The notes: generated from the sequence alone by a model not told the origin. 64,000 bases of DNA from Sphingobacteriales bacterium 39-19 (GCA_001898465.1 MKTX01000003.1:123684-187683); one strand, 5' to 3'. Shown: positions 19,404-30,340, numbered from the stretch's first letter. Program-made: numbers and translations.

Positions 19404-20018
19404 TTACTGGCCTTTTGCATTTTTTAATTTTTCATTCATTCCATCTACTACTTCTTTGGTAATGTTGAGCGTAGAATCCTTATATACCATATAATCTAAT
19501 CCCGTGCCGGTGGTAAGGATGTACATATAGTTTTTATCCTTATTGTAATCATCTAAATAATCCTTCAGGTGCTTTTGAATATCTTCCATAAAGCTTAAGC
19601 TTTTTTGGCTCAACCGCTGGGTTGCATTTTGTTTTTTCATATCAATCTGTTGCTGCTGTTGCAACAGTTCATTTTGAAATTTTTCGGCTTCTTCCTGGGT
19701 AATATTATTGCCTTTTGCTTTTATGAAATTATTTTTTTTTGCTTCTAATCCCCGGTAGCCGTTTTCCCATTCGTTCTCAATTGCTTTTTGTTCTGCTTCC
19801 AGTTCTTTCCTTTTATTTTTTATGTACGTGATATTCTCATTAAGAGAATCTAGTTCTACATAGGCGATGGGTGGGCGGGCTGTATTTTCTGAAGCGGGAA
19901 TATTTTTTGCTGCATGGGCAGGGGCAGGGGTTGTTTTTTTATCGTTAAATACTTTATAATATAAAAAACCAACTGCCAAAATGAGTATGGCATTTAATAA
20001 TAAGGAAGCATTCTTCAT
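19404..20018 (-). CDS. OmpH/Skp-like periplasmic chaperone
   Basis: N-terminal anchor and a long charged coiled-coil region (EAEQKAIENEWE..., QQQQQIDMKK). About 200 aa, typical of Bacteroidota OmpH. Confidence 0.7.
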   Translation of the reverse strand: MKNASLLLNAILILAVGFLYYKVFNDKKTTPAPAHAAKNIPASENTARPPIAYVELDSLNENITYIKNKRKELEAEQKAIENEWENGYRGLEAKKNNFIKAKGNNITQEEAEKFQNELLQQQQQIDMKKQNATQRLSQKSLSFMEDIQKHLKDYLDDYNKDKNYMYILTTGTGLDYMVYKDSTLNITKEVVDGMNEKLKNAKGQ

Positions 20019-20135
20019 TCAGTAATTTTTTTTCATTAAGGCGGCAAGATAGCCATAAAGCTTTATTTCACCATCATATTAAACCTACATTTAGGAAAGG
20101 GTTAACGCCGGGTGAAAGAATTCTGCAAAGGGTAC

Positions 20136-21686
20136 TTATAAGGGGATATTTCCATGTTTTTTCCTGGGCCGTTTAGCCACTTTATTTTCCAGCATGGCAA
20201 AGGCTTTTATTAATTTGCGGCGTGTTTCCCGGGGTTCTATTACTTCATCTATATACCCTCTTTCGGCTGCCGTGTAGGGATTTGCAAAAAGGGCAGCATA
20301 GGCGGCTTCTTTTTCTTTTAATTTTTTTGCAGGGTCGGCACTCTCTGCAATTTCTTTTTTAAAAATAATTTCACTGGCACCTTTAGCGCCCATTACGGCT
20401 ATTTCGGCAATAGGCCAGGCAAAGTTCATATCGGCGCCAATGTGTTTTGAATTCATTACATCATAAGCACCCCCATAGGCTTTGCGTGTTATTACAGTAC
20501 AGCGGGGTACCGTAGCTTCGCTGAGTGCGTATAATAATTTGGCGCCGTTAATAATGATGCCATTCCATTCCTGGTCGGTTCCGGGTAAAAAACCGGGTAC
20601 ATCTACCAATACCAGTAAGGGGATATTAAAGCAATCGCAAAAGCGGGTAAACCGGGCGCCTTTTTTTGAACTTTCAATATCCAGTACCCCGGCAAGAAAC
20701 ATGGGTTGGTTAGCCACAATCCCAATACTGCGCCCGGCCAGCCTTGCAAAACCCACTACAATATTGGGTGCATATTGTTCATGTAATTCAAAAAAACTGT
20801 CTTCATCACAAATGCCATTAATGATTTGCCTCATGTCGTAAGGCTGATTTGCATTTTGCGGAATAACCGATTCTAATTTTTCACGCATTTCATCTTTTAG
20901 ATCGTATGCTAATTTAGGAACAACATCTTCGCAGTTTTGCGGAATATAACTTAAAAGTTTTTTCAATTTGGTGATGCATTCCACATCATTGGCTGCTGTA
21001 AGATGGGTAACACCCGATTTGGTAGAATGGGTGGAGGCGCCTCCCAGTTCTTCGGAAGTTACGGTTTCGTTGGTAACGGTTTTTACCACATGGGGGCCGG
21101 TTACAAACATATAACTTGTATTTTCTACCATGATGGTAAAATCGGTAATGGCAGGAGAGTAAACGGCACCTCCGGCACAGGGCCCCATAATGGCCGATAG
21201 TTGTGGAATAACGCCGGAGGATTGTACATTCCTGTAAAAAATATCGGCATAGCCACCGAGCGACCGTACACCTTCCTGGATGCGGGCGCCACCGGAATCG
21301 TTTAAGCCAATCATGGGAGCGCCATTCTTCATGGCCATGTCCATAATCTTGCATATTTTTTCAGCATGGGTTTCTGATAAGGCACCCCCAAATACTGTAA
21401 AATCCTGGGCAAAAACATATACCAGCCTCCCCTCGATAGTGCCATAGCCCGTTACTACACCATCGCCATAATATTGTTGTTCACCCATGCCAAAATCAAT
21501 TGTACGATGTGTAACCAAAGCGCCAATTTCTTCAAAAGAGCCTTCATCCAGTAAACATTCAATTCTTTCCCGGGCGGTTAATTTCCCTTTTTTATGTTGT
21601 TGGTCTATGCGTTGCTGACCACCGCCTAATTTGCCTTCCTTGAGTTTTGCTTTTAGTATTTCTGTTTTATCTTTCATAATAGGCAA
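20136..21686 (-). CDS. Acyl-CoA carboxylase carboxyltransferase (beta) subunit, propionyl-/methylmalonyl-CoA type
   Basis: 516 aa with two crotonase-like CT halves. Typical stretches [30 protein letters not shown]. Confidence 0.9.
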   Translation of the reverse strand: MPIMKDKTEILKAKLKEGKLGGGQQRIDQQHKKGKLTARERIECLLDEGSFEEIGALVTHRTIDFGMGEQQYYGDGVVTGYGTIEGRLVYVFAQDFTVFGGALSETHAEKICKIMDMAMKNGAPMIGLNDSGGARIQEGVRSLGGYADIFYRNVQSSGVIPQLSAIMGPCAGGAVYSPAITDFTIMVENTSYMFVTGPHVVKTVTNETVTSEELGGASTHSTKSGVTHLTAANDVECITKLKKLLSYIPQNCEDVVPKLAYDLKDEMREKLESVIPQNANQPYDMRQIINGICDEDSFFELHEQYAPNIVVGFARLAGRSIGIVANQPMFLAGVLDIESSKKGARFTRFCDCFNIPLLVLVDVPGFLPGTDQEWNGIIINGAKLLYALSEATVPRCTVITRKAYGGAYDVMNSKHIGADMNFAWPIAEIAVMGAKGASEIIFKKEIAESADPAKKLKEKEAAYAALFANPYTAAERGYIDEVIEPRETRRKLIKAFAMLENKVAKRPRKKHGNIPL

Positions 21687-21792
21687 TCTTTATTTTAGTT
21701 GAAGTTACGTAACCCAATGCACAGATGAATGAGGTGGGGTATAAAAAAAGCCCAACCTGCATTGAACTTTTTTTTATATTATTTGTAAAGAA

Positions 21793-23673
21793 TTATTCTT
21801 CTACAAGGTCTAATTCTACTTTCAGGTTATCAATTATAAAATCCTGGCGGTTGGGTGTATTTTTTCCCATATAATACTCTAAAAGTTGTTGTACATGATC
21901 ACCCTGTTCTAAAATTACGGGCATTTTACGCATATTATTACCAATGAAACCGGCAAATTCTTCGGGGCTTATTTCACCCAGGCCTTTAAAGCGGGTGATT
22001 TCAGGTTTCCCGGAAAGTTTATCTATCGCTGTTTGTTTTTCTGTTTCGCTGTAGCAATAAATAGTTTCCTGCTTATTCCGCACCCTGAATAAGGGAGTTT
22101 CTAAAATATAAACGTGTTGATTTTTTACCAGGTCGGGAAAAAATTGCAGGAAAAAAGTCATAATGAGCAGCCGGATATGCATGCCATCAACATCAGCATC
22201 TGTGGCTATCACAATATTATTATAGCGCAAACCATCGTAGCCGTCTTCGATATTTAACGCATGTTGCAAAAGATTAAATTCTTCATTTTCATACACAATT
22301 TTTTTTGTGAGACCAAAGCAATTCAAGGGTTTTCCCCTTAGGCTAAAAACGGCCTGGGTATTTACATCCCGGCTTTTGGTGATAGACCCGCTGGCGCTAT
22401 CTCCTTCTGTAATAAAGATGGTGGTTTCTTTTTGTTTTTCTAACACATATTCTTTGTCTTTACCACCCGGTTCGTCGTTATAATGAAATTTACAATCCCT
22501 TAGTTTCTTATTATGAAGATTGGCTTTTTTAGCTCTTTCATTTGCCAGTTTCTTAATACCTGCCAGTTCTTTTCTTTCTCTTTCGTTTTGTTCTATCCTT
22601 TTTTTAAGCGCCTCTGCAGTAGCCGGGTTCTTATGCAAATAATTATCTAATTCCCGGCTCAGAAAATCGCCAATAAAATTGCGCATACTGGGCCCTTTAT
22701 CATATACATTTAATGAGCCGAGTTTTGTTTTTGTCTGACTTTCAAAAACCGGTTCCTGTACCCTTACGGAGATGGCTGCACAAATGCTGCCCCGGATGTC
22801 GGTAGCATCATAATCTTTTTTATAAAATTCCCGGATTGTTTTTATATATCCTTCTCTAAAAGCCGCCAGGTGGGTGCCGCCTTGTGTGGTAAACTGGCCA
22901 TTCACAAAACTGTAATATTCTTCGCCATAGGTATTTTCGTGGGTAATGGCGAGTTCAATATCTTCTCCTTTTAAATGGATGATCGGGTAACGTAATTCAT
23001 CATCATTGGTTTTGCGTTCCAATAAATCGAGCAAACCGTTTTTGCTCAAATATTTTTTCCCATTCAGGTTCATCACCAGCCCGGCATTCAGGTAACAATA
23101 ATTCCAAAACTGGTTATCTAAATATTCCTGGACAAACTTAAAATTTTTAAATATTTCTTCATCGGGATTAAACACAACCAAAGTGCCATTGGGTTCTTTA
23201 GTTGCTGTTTCTTTATATTCTTTAATGAGCACGCCTTTAGAAAATTCGGCTGTTTTTTCTTTTCCATCCCTGTATGCAGTTACTTTAAAAGCGGTGCTTA
23301 ATGCATTTACGGCTTTTGTACCTACACCATTTAATCCCACACTTTTTTGAAAAGCCTTACTATCGTACTTAGCGCCTGTATTCATTTTACTTACCACATC
23401 TACCACTTTACCTAATGGGATGCCCCGGCCATAATCTCTTACAGTAATGGTTTTACCTTGTATATCCACATCAATATGTTTACCAAAACCCATGGTATGT
23501 TCATCAATGCAATTATCTATCACTTCTTTTAATAACACATAAATCCCGTCATCCGGGCTGCTTCCATCGCCCAGCTTACCGATATACATACCCGGCCTGA
23601 GCCTGATATGTTCTTTCCAGTCTAAGCTGCGTATATTATCTTCGGTATAACTCATCGGTTCTTTTTCTGCCAT
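21793..23673 (-). CDS. parE: Type IIA topoisomerase subunit B, most likely topoisomerase IV ParE
   Basis: GHKL ATPase motifs ([22 protein letters not shown]), TOPRIM ([21 protein letters not shown]). The short 626-aa form is typical of Bacteroidota ParE rather than GyrB. Confidence 0.82.
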   Translation of the reverse strand: MAEKEPMSYTEDNIRSLDWKEHIRLRPGMYIGKLGDGSSPDDGIYVLLKEVIDNCIDEHTMGFGKHIDVDIQGKTITVRDYGRGIPLGKVVDVVSKMNTGAKYDSKAFQKSVGLNGVGTKAVNALSTAFKVTAYRDGKEKTAEFSKGVLIKEYKETATKEPNGTLVVFNPDEEIFKNFKFVQEYLDNQFWNYCYLNAGLVMNLNGKKYLSKNGLLDLLERKTNDDELRYPIIHLKGEDIELAITHENTYGEEYYSFVNGQFTTQGGTHLAAFREGYIKTIREFYKKDYDATDIRGSICAAISVRVQEPVFESQTKTKLGSLNVYDKGPSMRNFIGDFLSRELDNYLHKNPATAEALKKRIEQNERERKELAGIKKLANERAKKANLHNKKLRDCKFHYNDEPGGKDKEYVLEKQKETTIFITEGDSASGSITKSRDVNTQAVFSLRGKPLNCFGLTKKIVYENEEFNLLQHALNIEDGYDGLRYNNIVIATDADVDGMHIRLLIMTFFLQFFPDLVKNQHVYILETPLFRVRNKQETIYCYSETEKQTAIDKLSGKPEITRFKGLGEISPEEFAGFIGNNMRKMPVILEQGDHVQQLLEYYMGKNTPNRQDFIIDNLKVELDLVEE

Positions 23674-23702
23674 ATTTATTTTCCTTTTTTTTGCAATTTG
23701 TA

Positions 23703-23710
23703 CAAATATA
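23703..23710 (-). promoter_or_regulatory. TAnnTTTG -7 box upstream of parE (minus strand)
   Basis: The reverse complement reads TATATTTG, 29 nt upstream of the ATG at 23673. Confidence 0.5.
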
Positions 23711-23862
23711 AATAAGGCGTTTTACAATATTTGCCAACGGTTTTTAACATCTGTGTACAATTCTGTAATTTCAGGAACTTCATCCTATTTATACTTAATT
23801 TTGCAAGTGTATATAAACCCCCTGGCAAGCATTCCTTGTAAAGAGTGCTTAAAATATTTAAA

Positions 23863-25026
23863 ATGCACTTAATACCTGTTTCCAATAATATACTCAAAAA
23901 AAAGTTCCTGGAAATGCCTGCCCTTATTTATAAAAATGATCCCCATTATATCCGGCCGTTAAATAAGGATATTGAGGAGGTATTTGATGAGAAAAAAAAC
24001 AAAGCGTTCCGGCATGGCGAAGCAGACCGTTGGCTTTTACTGGATGAAAATGATCAATGCATTGGCCGTATCGCCGCTTTTGTAAATAAAAAATATAAAA
24101 ATAAAGGAGATGACCAGAAAACCGGTGGGATTGGATTTTTTGAATGTATTAATAACCCCGAAGCAGCCCATATGCTTTTTGATCAGGCAAAAGAATGGCT
24201 ACAGCAAAGAGGCATGGAGGCAATGGACGGACCTATTAATTTTGGAGAAAGGGATCGCTGGTGGGGATTGGTGGTGGAGGGATTTAAACCACCCATTTAT
24301 TTAATGAATTATAACCCGCCGTATTATAAATTTTTATTTGAAAATTATGGGTTCCGGATTTTTTTTAACCAGGTTTGCTGGGAGCTGGATGTGCATACTA
24401 CGTTACATGAAAAGTTCAGCATATTGAATAAAAAATATGAAGAGGATCCTGATTATTCTGCCCGGTATATTCGAAAGAATGAAGCAGGGAAATTTGCACA
24501 TGATTTTTCGAAAGTATATAATAAAGCCTGGGCAAGCCATGAAGGTAACAAGCAAATGAAAGAAGATGTGGCCTTAAAATTATTTCAATCTATGAAACCC
24601 GTCATGGATGAAAAACTCATTTGGTTTGTGTATTACAAAGATGAACCCATCGCTTTTTGGCTGAATTTACCCGAACTAAACCAGTTGTTCAGGCATTTTA
24701 ATGGCAAGTTTGGCCTCATTGAAAAATTACGTTTTCTCTGGATGAAATGGAAAGGCAAAAATGACCGGTTTACAGGAATTGTTTTTGGGGTATCGCCGGA
24801 ATACCAGGGAATGGGAGTAGATTATTATATGATTATGCAAGGAGCAAAAGTAATGCAACAGCAAACCGGCTACAAAGTGCTGGAACTTCAATGGCAAGGC
24901 GATTTTAACCCTAAGATGCTCAATATTTCTAAACATATCGGTGCTCATCAAAGCCGTTTATTAACAACCTACCGTTATCTTTTTGACAGGAACAAAGAAT
25001 TTAAACGGCACCCTATTTTGAATTGA
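23863..25026 (+). CDS. Conserved Bacteroidota protein with probable GNAT-like acyltransferase fold; function unknown
   Basis: About 387 aa. The N-terminal LIPV...FLEMPALIYKNDPHYIRPL pattern and a C-terminal acyl-CoA-N-acyltransferase-like region resemble a family I recall annotated as GNAT. ATG at 23863 preferred over GTG at 23845. Confidence 0.45.
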   Translation: MHLIPVSNNILKKKFLEMPALIYKNDPHYIRPLNKDIEEVFDEKKNKAFRHGEADRWLLLDENDQCIGRIAAFVNKKYKNKGDDQKTGGIGFFECINNPEAAHMLFDQAKEWLQQRGMEAMDGPINFGERDRWWGLVVEGFKPPIYLMNYNPPYYKFLFENYGFRIFFNQVCWELDVHTTLHEKFSILNKKYEEDPDYSARYIRKNEAGKFAHDFSKVYNKAWASHEGNKQMKEDVALKLFQSMKPVMDEKLIWFVYYKDEPIAFWLNLPELNQLFRHFNGKFGLIEKLRFLWMKWKGKNDRFTGIVFGVSPEYQGMGVDYYMIMQGAKVMQQQTGYKVLELQWQGDFNPKMLNISKHIGAHQSRLLTTYRYLFDRNKEFKRHPILN

Positions 25027-25027
25027 C

Positions 25028-25048
25028 CAGGAAGGCTTCCTGTTTTTT
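25028..25048 (+). terminator. Rho-independent terminator
   Basis: CAGGAA-GGC-TTCCTG hairpin followed by TTTTTT, 2 nt after the stop at 25026. Confidence 0.6.
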
Positions 25049-25215
25049 AAACATTTTATATACGCTCAATACCCTATTTCTTCCCGGTTTGATTAGTAGA
25101 AAATATTTCCCATTCCTTTTCTTTATTATACGCCTTCCTATATCCTGTCCGTTTGGCATGGTTTTAACATAAGGATTTAACATATTGCAATAGATTTTTT
25201 ATTAAAACCACTTTT

Positions 25216-25425
25216 ATGAAATTAATATTCAAACGCATTTTATTTTTCTTATTAACCGGCTTTTTAACCTTACAGTCAATTGCACAAGATAAAGGCTTAG
25301 ATGTAGATATCAATATTGGTAAAAAGGAACCGGAATGGTATCGCCAACCCTGGGTATGGGTAGTAGGAGGGGCTGTATTTATTTTATTGCTTGTGGCGCT
25401 GTTAAGAGGCGGAAAGAAAAGTTAA
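25216..25425 (+). CDS. Small secreted/membrane-anchored protein (69 aa), unknown function
   Basis: Signal peptide (FFLLTGFLTLQSIAQ), a short polar segment and a C-terminal TM (PWVWVVGGAVFILLLVALL) with a basic tail. Confidence 0.5.
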   Translation: MKLIFKRILFFLLTGFLTLQSIAQDKGLDVDINIGKKEPEWYRQPWVWVVGGAVFILLLVALLRGGKKS

Positions 25426-25474
25426 GCAGGGATATTATTTTGGAAAGGTATTTCCTGTTGGCCTGCAGGCGTAT

Positions 25475-25507
25475 AAAAAAGAAAGAGGCATTGCCTCTTT
25501 CTTTTTT
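25475..25507. terminator. Bidirectional rho-independent terminator between convergent genes
   Basis: Near-perfect 33-nt palindrome AAAAAAGAAAGAGGCA-T-TGCCTCTTTCTTTTTT. It gives a stem plus a U-run on both strands. Confidence 0.8.
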
Positions 25508-25513
25508 AGTGAT

Positions 25514-27691
25514 TTAATAATTGGTAACTTTTAATTCTGTTCTTCGGTTTTTCGCCCTTCCGGCTGCGGTATTATTATCGGCAATAGGATTTTCTTCTCC
25601 ATGGCCGAATGTATTAATACGGCCTGCATCAATTCCTTTTTGCAATAAATACTCTTTTACAGCATTTGCCCTGTTTTCTGATAATACCTGGTTCTTCGCT
25701 TCATCTCCTTGTGCATCCGTATAACCATCTACTTGTAATTTTAAACTGGCATCCTCTTTCATTAATGCAACAACTTCGTCTAAAGATGTATAGGATTTGG
25801 GCATGAGTTTGAAACTGCCGGTAGCATAAAAAATATTTCTTGCGGCTACATTTATTTTTTCGATAACTTCTTTTTTAATTTCAGGGCATCCCTGGTTTTC
25901 CCGGGTACCTGCCCTGTCGGGGCATTTATCTTCTTCATCATTAATGCCATCACCATCGGTATCGGGTATGGGGCAACCATTATATTTGGCAGTACCGGCT
26001 ACAGTGGGGCATTTATCTTCTTCATCATTGATGCCATCACCATCGGTATCGGGTATGGGGCAACCATTGTATTTGGCAATGCCGGCTACAGTGGGGCATT
26101 TATCTTCTTCATCATTGATGCCATCACCATCGGTATCGGGTATGGGGCAACCATTATATTTGGCAATACCGGCTACAGTGGGGCATTTATCTTCTTCATC
26201 ATTGATGCCATCGCCATCGGTATCTAATATTTTGGGGGCTTCTGCCACGGGTAGCTCTTTTACTTTTTTATTTTTTTGTAAAATACCAAACCGTAAACCC
26301 ATATGCATATCCACGTGTTTGGTTTTACCGCTTATTAAAGAGGAAAGTATTGAACCCGACCCAATAAAGAGAGGCCCGCCCCTTAAAGAAATACCTGAAT
26401 TAAACCCGGAAATATTATTGTAACTAATGGGCAGGTAAGCACCAAAACTTTTCCCTTCATAGCGGGGGGTTACCATAATATAATGTGTTGTATGTGTTTT
26501 TCGGGCATTGGTGCTGCCCTGGTTTACTGCAAACATGCCGCCCAGGTTTACAAAAAATCCTTTATTAAAATTATAATCAAAAGATGCCGTGATGGAAGTG
26601 GGTAAACTAAAAGTATAGCTATTGCCACCTGATGATGTTTTTGTGATCATAGGGCTGGCGGCATCCAGCGCCTGTGACAGGTCAGAGAAATCACTGATAT
26701 CTTCAAAGCGGTTAAGCATTAACGTGTCTTGCCCATTGGGGTTTAGCGCTGTATTTAAAACATAGGTGCCATGAATTTTACTATTTTTATATTTTATGGC
26801 ACCCAGGTCATGTACAGCCAATTCTATCTTGTATTTATATTTATTAATATCTTTTCTAAAACTATTGTCTGCTTTATTATAAGATTCATAGCCTGGCCTG
26901 AATTCATATACAAAACCAAGATCTGCGCCAATACCCGACCCGTTGGCTACCAGTTTAAAATCATCAAAATTACTTAAGCCCGCCGATCCGTACGAAATGG
27001 TGCCGGTGGTACTCCTTAATATCTTATCTTCAAAAAAGTTTTCATCCAGCGTACCTTTCAGGTTAGATAAACCAAAATAACCCGAACCAGCGCCCATTAA
27101 ATATTTTAAAGTAATACCACCTTTAAAAAAATGTTGCTTATGGTTGGATATTACACGGCCAAAACTTAGCCCGATTTCTGACCATATATTAGAGGAGATG
27201 ATGAATTTATCCTGGTTTAATGCCGTGGGGTAGGTAATGGGGCTGTTATTATCTTCCAAAGCATTTAACAAGGTACCCGGTAATTTATCAATATTTACCA
27301 TCGACCGGGCCCGGGTGGATATTGCAAAACTGTTCCGGGAATTGATATTAAACATAAAAGAAGGGCCAAAAACATCAAAATCTGCCATGATGTTTGCATT
27401 CTTTCCTACCCGGCGATTCAGATAGGCATCCAGGCTATCCCCATTTATTAAACTGGAAAGGCCTTTTAACTTTAGGGTTGCATAATCATTTGCCAGGGTC
27501 GCATTGACAGATGCCAGGTTTACATCCCACCGGTAGCGGCTGTCTGCTATATTTGCGGGGTTAAAAAACACGGCATTTACACCGGTAAAATTCCCGGTAC
27601 TATAGCCGGCAAAATTTTGTGCCAATGCCCCCATCACCATTACCAAAAAGCTAATGCATGATAAGGTAAATTTCAACATGGAAACTTTCAT
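25514..27691 (-). CDS. Outer-membrane protein: N-terminal beta-barrel-like domain, four thrombospondin type-3 (TSP3) Ca-binding repeats, C-terminal OmpA peptidoglycan-binding domain
   Basis: Signal peptide. 4x DTDGDGINDEEDKCP (the TSP3 DxDxDGxxDxxDxCP motif). OmpA-like C-terminus (GYTDAQGDEAKNQVLSENRANAV...NRRTELKV). Confidence 0.9.
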   Translation of the reverse strand: MKVSMLKFTLSCISFLVMVMGALAQNFAGYSTGNFTGVNAVFFNPANIADSRYRWDVNLASVNATLANDYATLKLKGLSSLINGDSLDAYLNRRVGKNANIMADFDVFGPSFMFNINSRNSFAISTRARSMVNIDKLPGTLLNALEDNNSPITYPTALNQDKFIISSNIWSEIGLSFGRVISNHKQHFFKGGITLKYLMGAGSGYFGLSNLKGTLDENFFEDKILRSTTGTISYGSAGLSNFDDFKLVANGSGIGADLGFVYEFRPGYESYNKADNSFRKDINKYKYKIELAVHDLGAIKYKNSKIHGTYVLNTALNPNGQDTLMLNRFEDISDFSDLSQALDAASPMITKTSSGGNSYTFSLPTSITASFDYNFNKGFFVNLGGMFAVNQGSTNARKTHTTHYIMVTPRYEGKSFGAYLPISYNNISGFNSGISLRGGPLFIGSGSILSSLISGKTKHVDMHMGLRFGILQKNKKVKELPVAEAPKILDTDGDGINDEEDKCPTVAGIAKYNGCPIPDTDGDGINDEEDKCPTVAGIAKYNGCPIPDTDGDGINDEEDKCPTVAGTAKYNGCPIPDTDGDGINDEEDKCPDRAGTRENQGCPEIKKEVIEKINVAARNIFYATGSFKLMPKSYTSLDEVVALMKEDASLKLQVDGYTDAQGDEAKNQVLSENRANAVKEYLLQKGIDAGRINTFGHGEENPIADNNTAAGRAKNRRTELKVTNY
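25919..26224. repeat. 3.5 copies of an 87-bp near-identical tandem repeat (in frame, encodes the TSP3 units)
   Basis: Copies start at 25919, 26006, 26093 and 26180 (each begins GGGGCATTTATCTTCTTCATCATT). Only about 2-4 mismatches per 87 bp between copies. Confidence 0.95.
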
Positions 27692-27707
27692 AAATTAAGT
27701 TTGAGTT

Positions 27708-28253
27708 TTAATTATCTTTTGTTGATTTATCTCCGGTAAACCATTGTTCTTTATTTTTAAAGAGCAAATTAAAAGTGGTTAAAGAGCCATAGCAACGGGT
27801 TATATATTGCTGTAAGTTTATTTTTTCTTCATCTGAAAGAATTTTGTGGCTGTTGATATTTTGTTCAAGTACCCTTAACCGGTCCCTGAGCATTACGATT
27901 TTATGGAAGAAGTCTTCTATCGGGAGTTCTTTTGGTTTTAAACTTTTATCAGCAGGTTGCAGGCTTAGGGTACCGCCTGTCCAGCGATCGCCAAGTGCCA
28001 CATCTTCCTGGATGCCACCCCATAAACGTAAAATTTTTAATAATGATTTTTCACCTTCTGCCAGGGTTTCTATTTCTTCAGTAACATTTTCCGGGATTAT
28101 CTCATCCAGTTGTTCATCTGTTTTATCAATTTCTTTTATACCTGTATTAATAAACGAAATTAAGTAGCTGGCGTACCGGATTCCTACAATTACGCCGGGG
28201 CCATACAGCGTGTGTTGTAAGCGGGTGCCAATTCCTAAAGTAGTTTGGGCCAT
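27708..28253 (-). CDS. Hypothetical cytoplasmic protein (181 aa)
   Basis: A clean ORF with no signal peptide or TM and no motif I recognise. It sits 16 nt upstream of the OmpA/TSP3 gene on the same strand. Confidence 0.5.
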   Translation of the reverse strand: MAQTTLGIGTRLQHTLYGPGVIVGIRYASYLISFINTGIKEIDKTDEQLDEIIPENVTEEIETLAEGEKSLLKILRLWGGIQEDVALGDRWTGGTLSLQPADKSLKPKELPIEDFFHKIVMLRDRLRVLEQNINSHKILSDEEKINLQQYITRCYGSLTTFNLLFKNKEQWFTGDKSTKDN

Positions 28254-28340
28254 GGGTAAAATTATTTTATCAACAAATAAAAGATTAATCCGCTAAATAT
28301 TGAGGTATTATTTTTTTTATTAAACTAAAATGGCGTCCTT

Positions 28341-29609
28341 TTATTGTTTACTTATTTTAATAAACTTTCCAGAATCGGTTATGCTGTAAAGAGCTCCATT
28401 GGCCGATGCCAGTACATCCCGGAACCGTTCATTTTTATCAGTAAGTAATCTTTCTTCACCGGTCACTTTATTATTTTGCAGTTGTAACCGGATAATATGC
28501 TGGCCACTCAGGCAACCTATGAAAAGATTGTTTTGCCATTCCGGAATTAGGTTACTGCTGTAAAAGCTGCATCCGCTGGGTGATATAGAAGGATCCCAGT
28601 AATATACCGGTTGTTCCATACCTTGTTTTTGAGTGATGGCATCCCCGATTTTGTTGCCATTATACTCCAGTCCATAGGTAATAACTGGCCACCCATAATT
28701 ATTGCCTGCTTTTATAATATTTAGTTCATCGCCACCAAAAGGCCCAAATTCGGTTTCCCAAAGTTCACCGGTTTGCGGGTGTATGGCCAGGCCCTGGGCA
28801 TTTCTAATACCATACGCATACATTTCGGGTATTGCCTGTTTGTTTTTTATAAATGGATTGCCGGGGGCAGGCTTACCCTCTTTTGTGATTTTAAATATTT
28901 TTCCCAGGCCACTATTAAGCCACTGTGCCTGTTTGCGGCCTTCTAAAATGGACCGTTCACCGGTACTTACAAAAAGATAGCCTGAACTGTCAAAAACCAG
29001 GCGGGAACCAAAATGCAAATTACTTTTTAAGGAAGGCAGTGCCCTGAAAATAACCCTGGCATTTTGTATACTTTTTTCATCATTTGAAATGTTTCCTTTT
29101 GCAACTGCCGTGTGATTTCCTTGTGCATCGGCTTCTGAAAACGACCAATAGATGATCCTGTTTTTTTCAAATTGCGGATCAATGGCAATACCCAATAATC
29201 CGCCCTGTCCATTATGATCTACCGGCGGCAGCCCCGTTATTTTTTCAAGCTGTTTTCCATTTTCATCCAGCAGGTAAATGAACCCTGATTTTTCTGTAAT
29301 GAGAAATTGCCCATTGGGTAGTTGTGCCATACCCCAGGGGCGCCCCAGGCCTGTTGCTAACAGGGTTACGGTATAAGGGGTGTGGGTTTTTATTGCAGCT
29401 ACCCTGGTTTGGCCTTCAAATGCCGGGTTGTAGGTTGTATTGGGGGGCTTAGTTTCTACCGGGTTGTTATTTGAGTGCTGTTTTATAGGGGAAGCGGCTT
29501 CCTGTTTTTGGGTAGTTTGCTGTCCGCAACCTATGGCACTCATAAAAAAAATAAAAATAAAACAGGGATACCATTTCATAAGGGATAATGTAAAAAGGTT
29601 AAGGATCAT
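28341..29609 (-). CDS. PQQ-dependent soluble sugar (aldose/sorbosone) dehydrogenase, beta-propeller, lipoprotein-like
   Basis: Typical YliI/sGDH-like stretches (GLGRPWGMAQLPNG, GGLLGIAIDP, HFGSRLVFD, YAYGIRNAQGLA, GGDELN, NYGWP). N-terminal AIGC lipobox. Confidence 0.8.
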   Translation of the reverse strand: MILNLFTLSLMKWYPCFIFIFFMSAIGCGQQTTQKQEAASPIKQHSNNNPVETKPPNTTYNPAFEGQTRVAAIKTHTPYTVTLLATGLGRPWGMAQLPNGQFLITEKSGFIYLLDENGKQLEKITGLPPVDHNGQGGLLGIAIDPQFEKNRIIYWSFSEADAQGNHTAVAKGNISNDEKSIQNARVIFRALPSLKSNLHFGSRLVFDSSGYLFVSTGERSILEGRKQAQWLNSGLGKIFKITKEGKPAPGNPFIKNKQAIPEMYAYGIRNAQGLAIHPQTGELWETEFGPFGGDELNIIKAGNNYGWPVITYGLEYNGNKIGDAITQKQGMEQPVYYWDPSISPSGCSFYSSNLIPEWQNNLFIGCLSGQHIIRLQLQNNKVTGEERLLTDKNERFRDVLASANGALYSITDSGKFIKISKQ

Positions 29610-29665
29610 GCATGGAATGAAAGCAATACAGGAAAACCATATTTGTTTTTACGGTGCCAGGCAGT

Positions 29666-30340
29666 TTAAAAATTTGAGGATTTTAGTAATGTTACCATAT
29701 CCGTATGGCTTGTGATGCCGAGATAATTCAAATCAATTAATGAATTACTTTCTATTAAACCATAACCGGGGGCATAATAATTTTGAATATTGCTGGTAAG
29801 GTTATTACTGGGGATGGCAGTAGCAGAAACAGTTGTTTTAACCTGGATCACATGATTGTAAGTTTTTCCAAATACGGTACGGCTAAGATCGTTTGCCACA
29901 ATGGTATTATGTAAAGTGGCGGTGATAGGAACTCCCGAAAAATTGATATTAAAATTTTGATCCCAGCCCGTTCCTACGGCAATATTGGTTTTCAAATAAA
30001 GTACTTCTGCCAGGCTGCCTCCTAATTCGGCAGGTAAGGCACGCAGGTTGTAATAATCATTCCCCGAAATAGCATAATATTCTGAACCCTGGGTAGCAGA
30101 ATTGGTAAAAACATGGTAATTGCGGCTACCTACCGTACTATCCCGGTTGGTAGAAGTGGATGTATATTCTGTAACAATTGCAGTACCGGTACTATTATCC
30201 GTATTTTGATAAGTTCTTGCCTCATTGGCCGTAAGCGACATATAATTACCCGGCGTTTCATTTTGAGGGGTATCGTCTTTTTTTGAGCAGGATGCGGCTG
30301 CAAAAAGGGCTAAAGAGAGGATTAATAATGATTTTTTCAT
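29666..30340 (-). CDS. Hypothetical lipoprotein
   Basis: MKKSLLILSLALFAAASC lipobox. T/S/N-rich beta-type sequence with no recognisable motif. Confidence 0.55.
   Translation of the reverse strand: MKKSLLILSLALFAAASCSKKDDTPQNETPGNYMSLTANEARTYQNTDNSTGTAIVTEYTSTSTNRDSTVGSRNYHVFTNSATQGSEYYAISGNDYYNLRALPAELGGSLAEVLYLKTNIAVGTGWDQNFNINFSGVPITATLHNTIVANDLSRTVFGKTYNHVIQVKTTVSATAIPSNNLTSNIQNYYAPGYGLIESNSLIDLNYLGITSHTDMVTLLKSSNF

Noticed and set aside
20986-21354. 122-aa same-strand alternative-frame ORF inside the carboxyltransferase gene
   Set aside because: Its Arg/Cys/His-rich composition is typical of an out-of-frame reading of a real gene. The main frame has unambiguous CT motifs.
25919-26224. 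Possible CRISPR-like array (regular 87-bp periodicity)
   Set aside because: The repeats are directly adjacent with no unique spacers. They are in frame within a long ORF and encode a known protein motif (DxDxDGxxDxxDxCP). No cas genes are present.
25944-26423. 159-aa plus-strand ORF with the repeated peptide MPSPSVSGMGQPLYLA...
   Set aside because: It is antisense to the TSP3 repeats of the OmpA-family gene. Its internal repetition only mirrors the 87-bp DNA repeat. The sense frame has clear TSP3/OmpA motifs.
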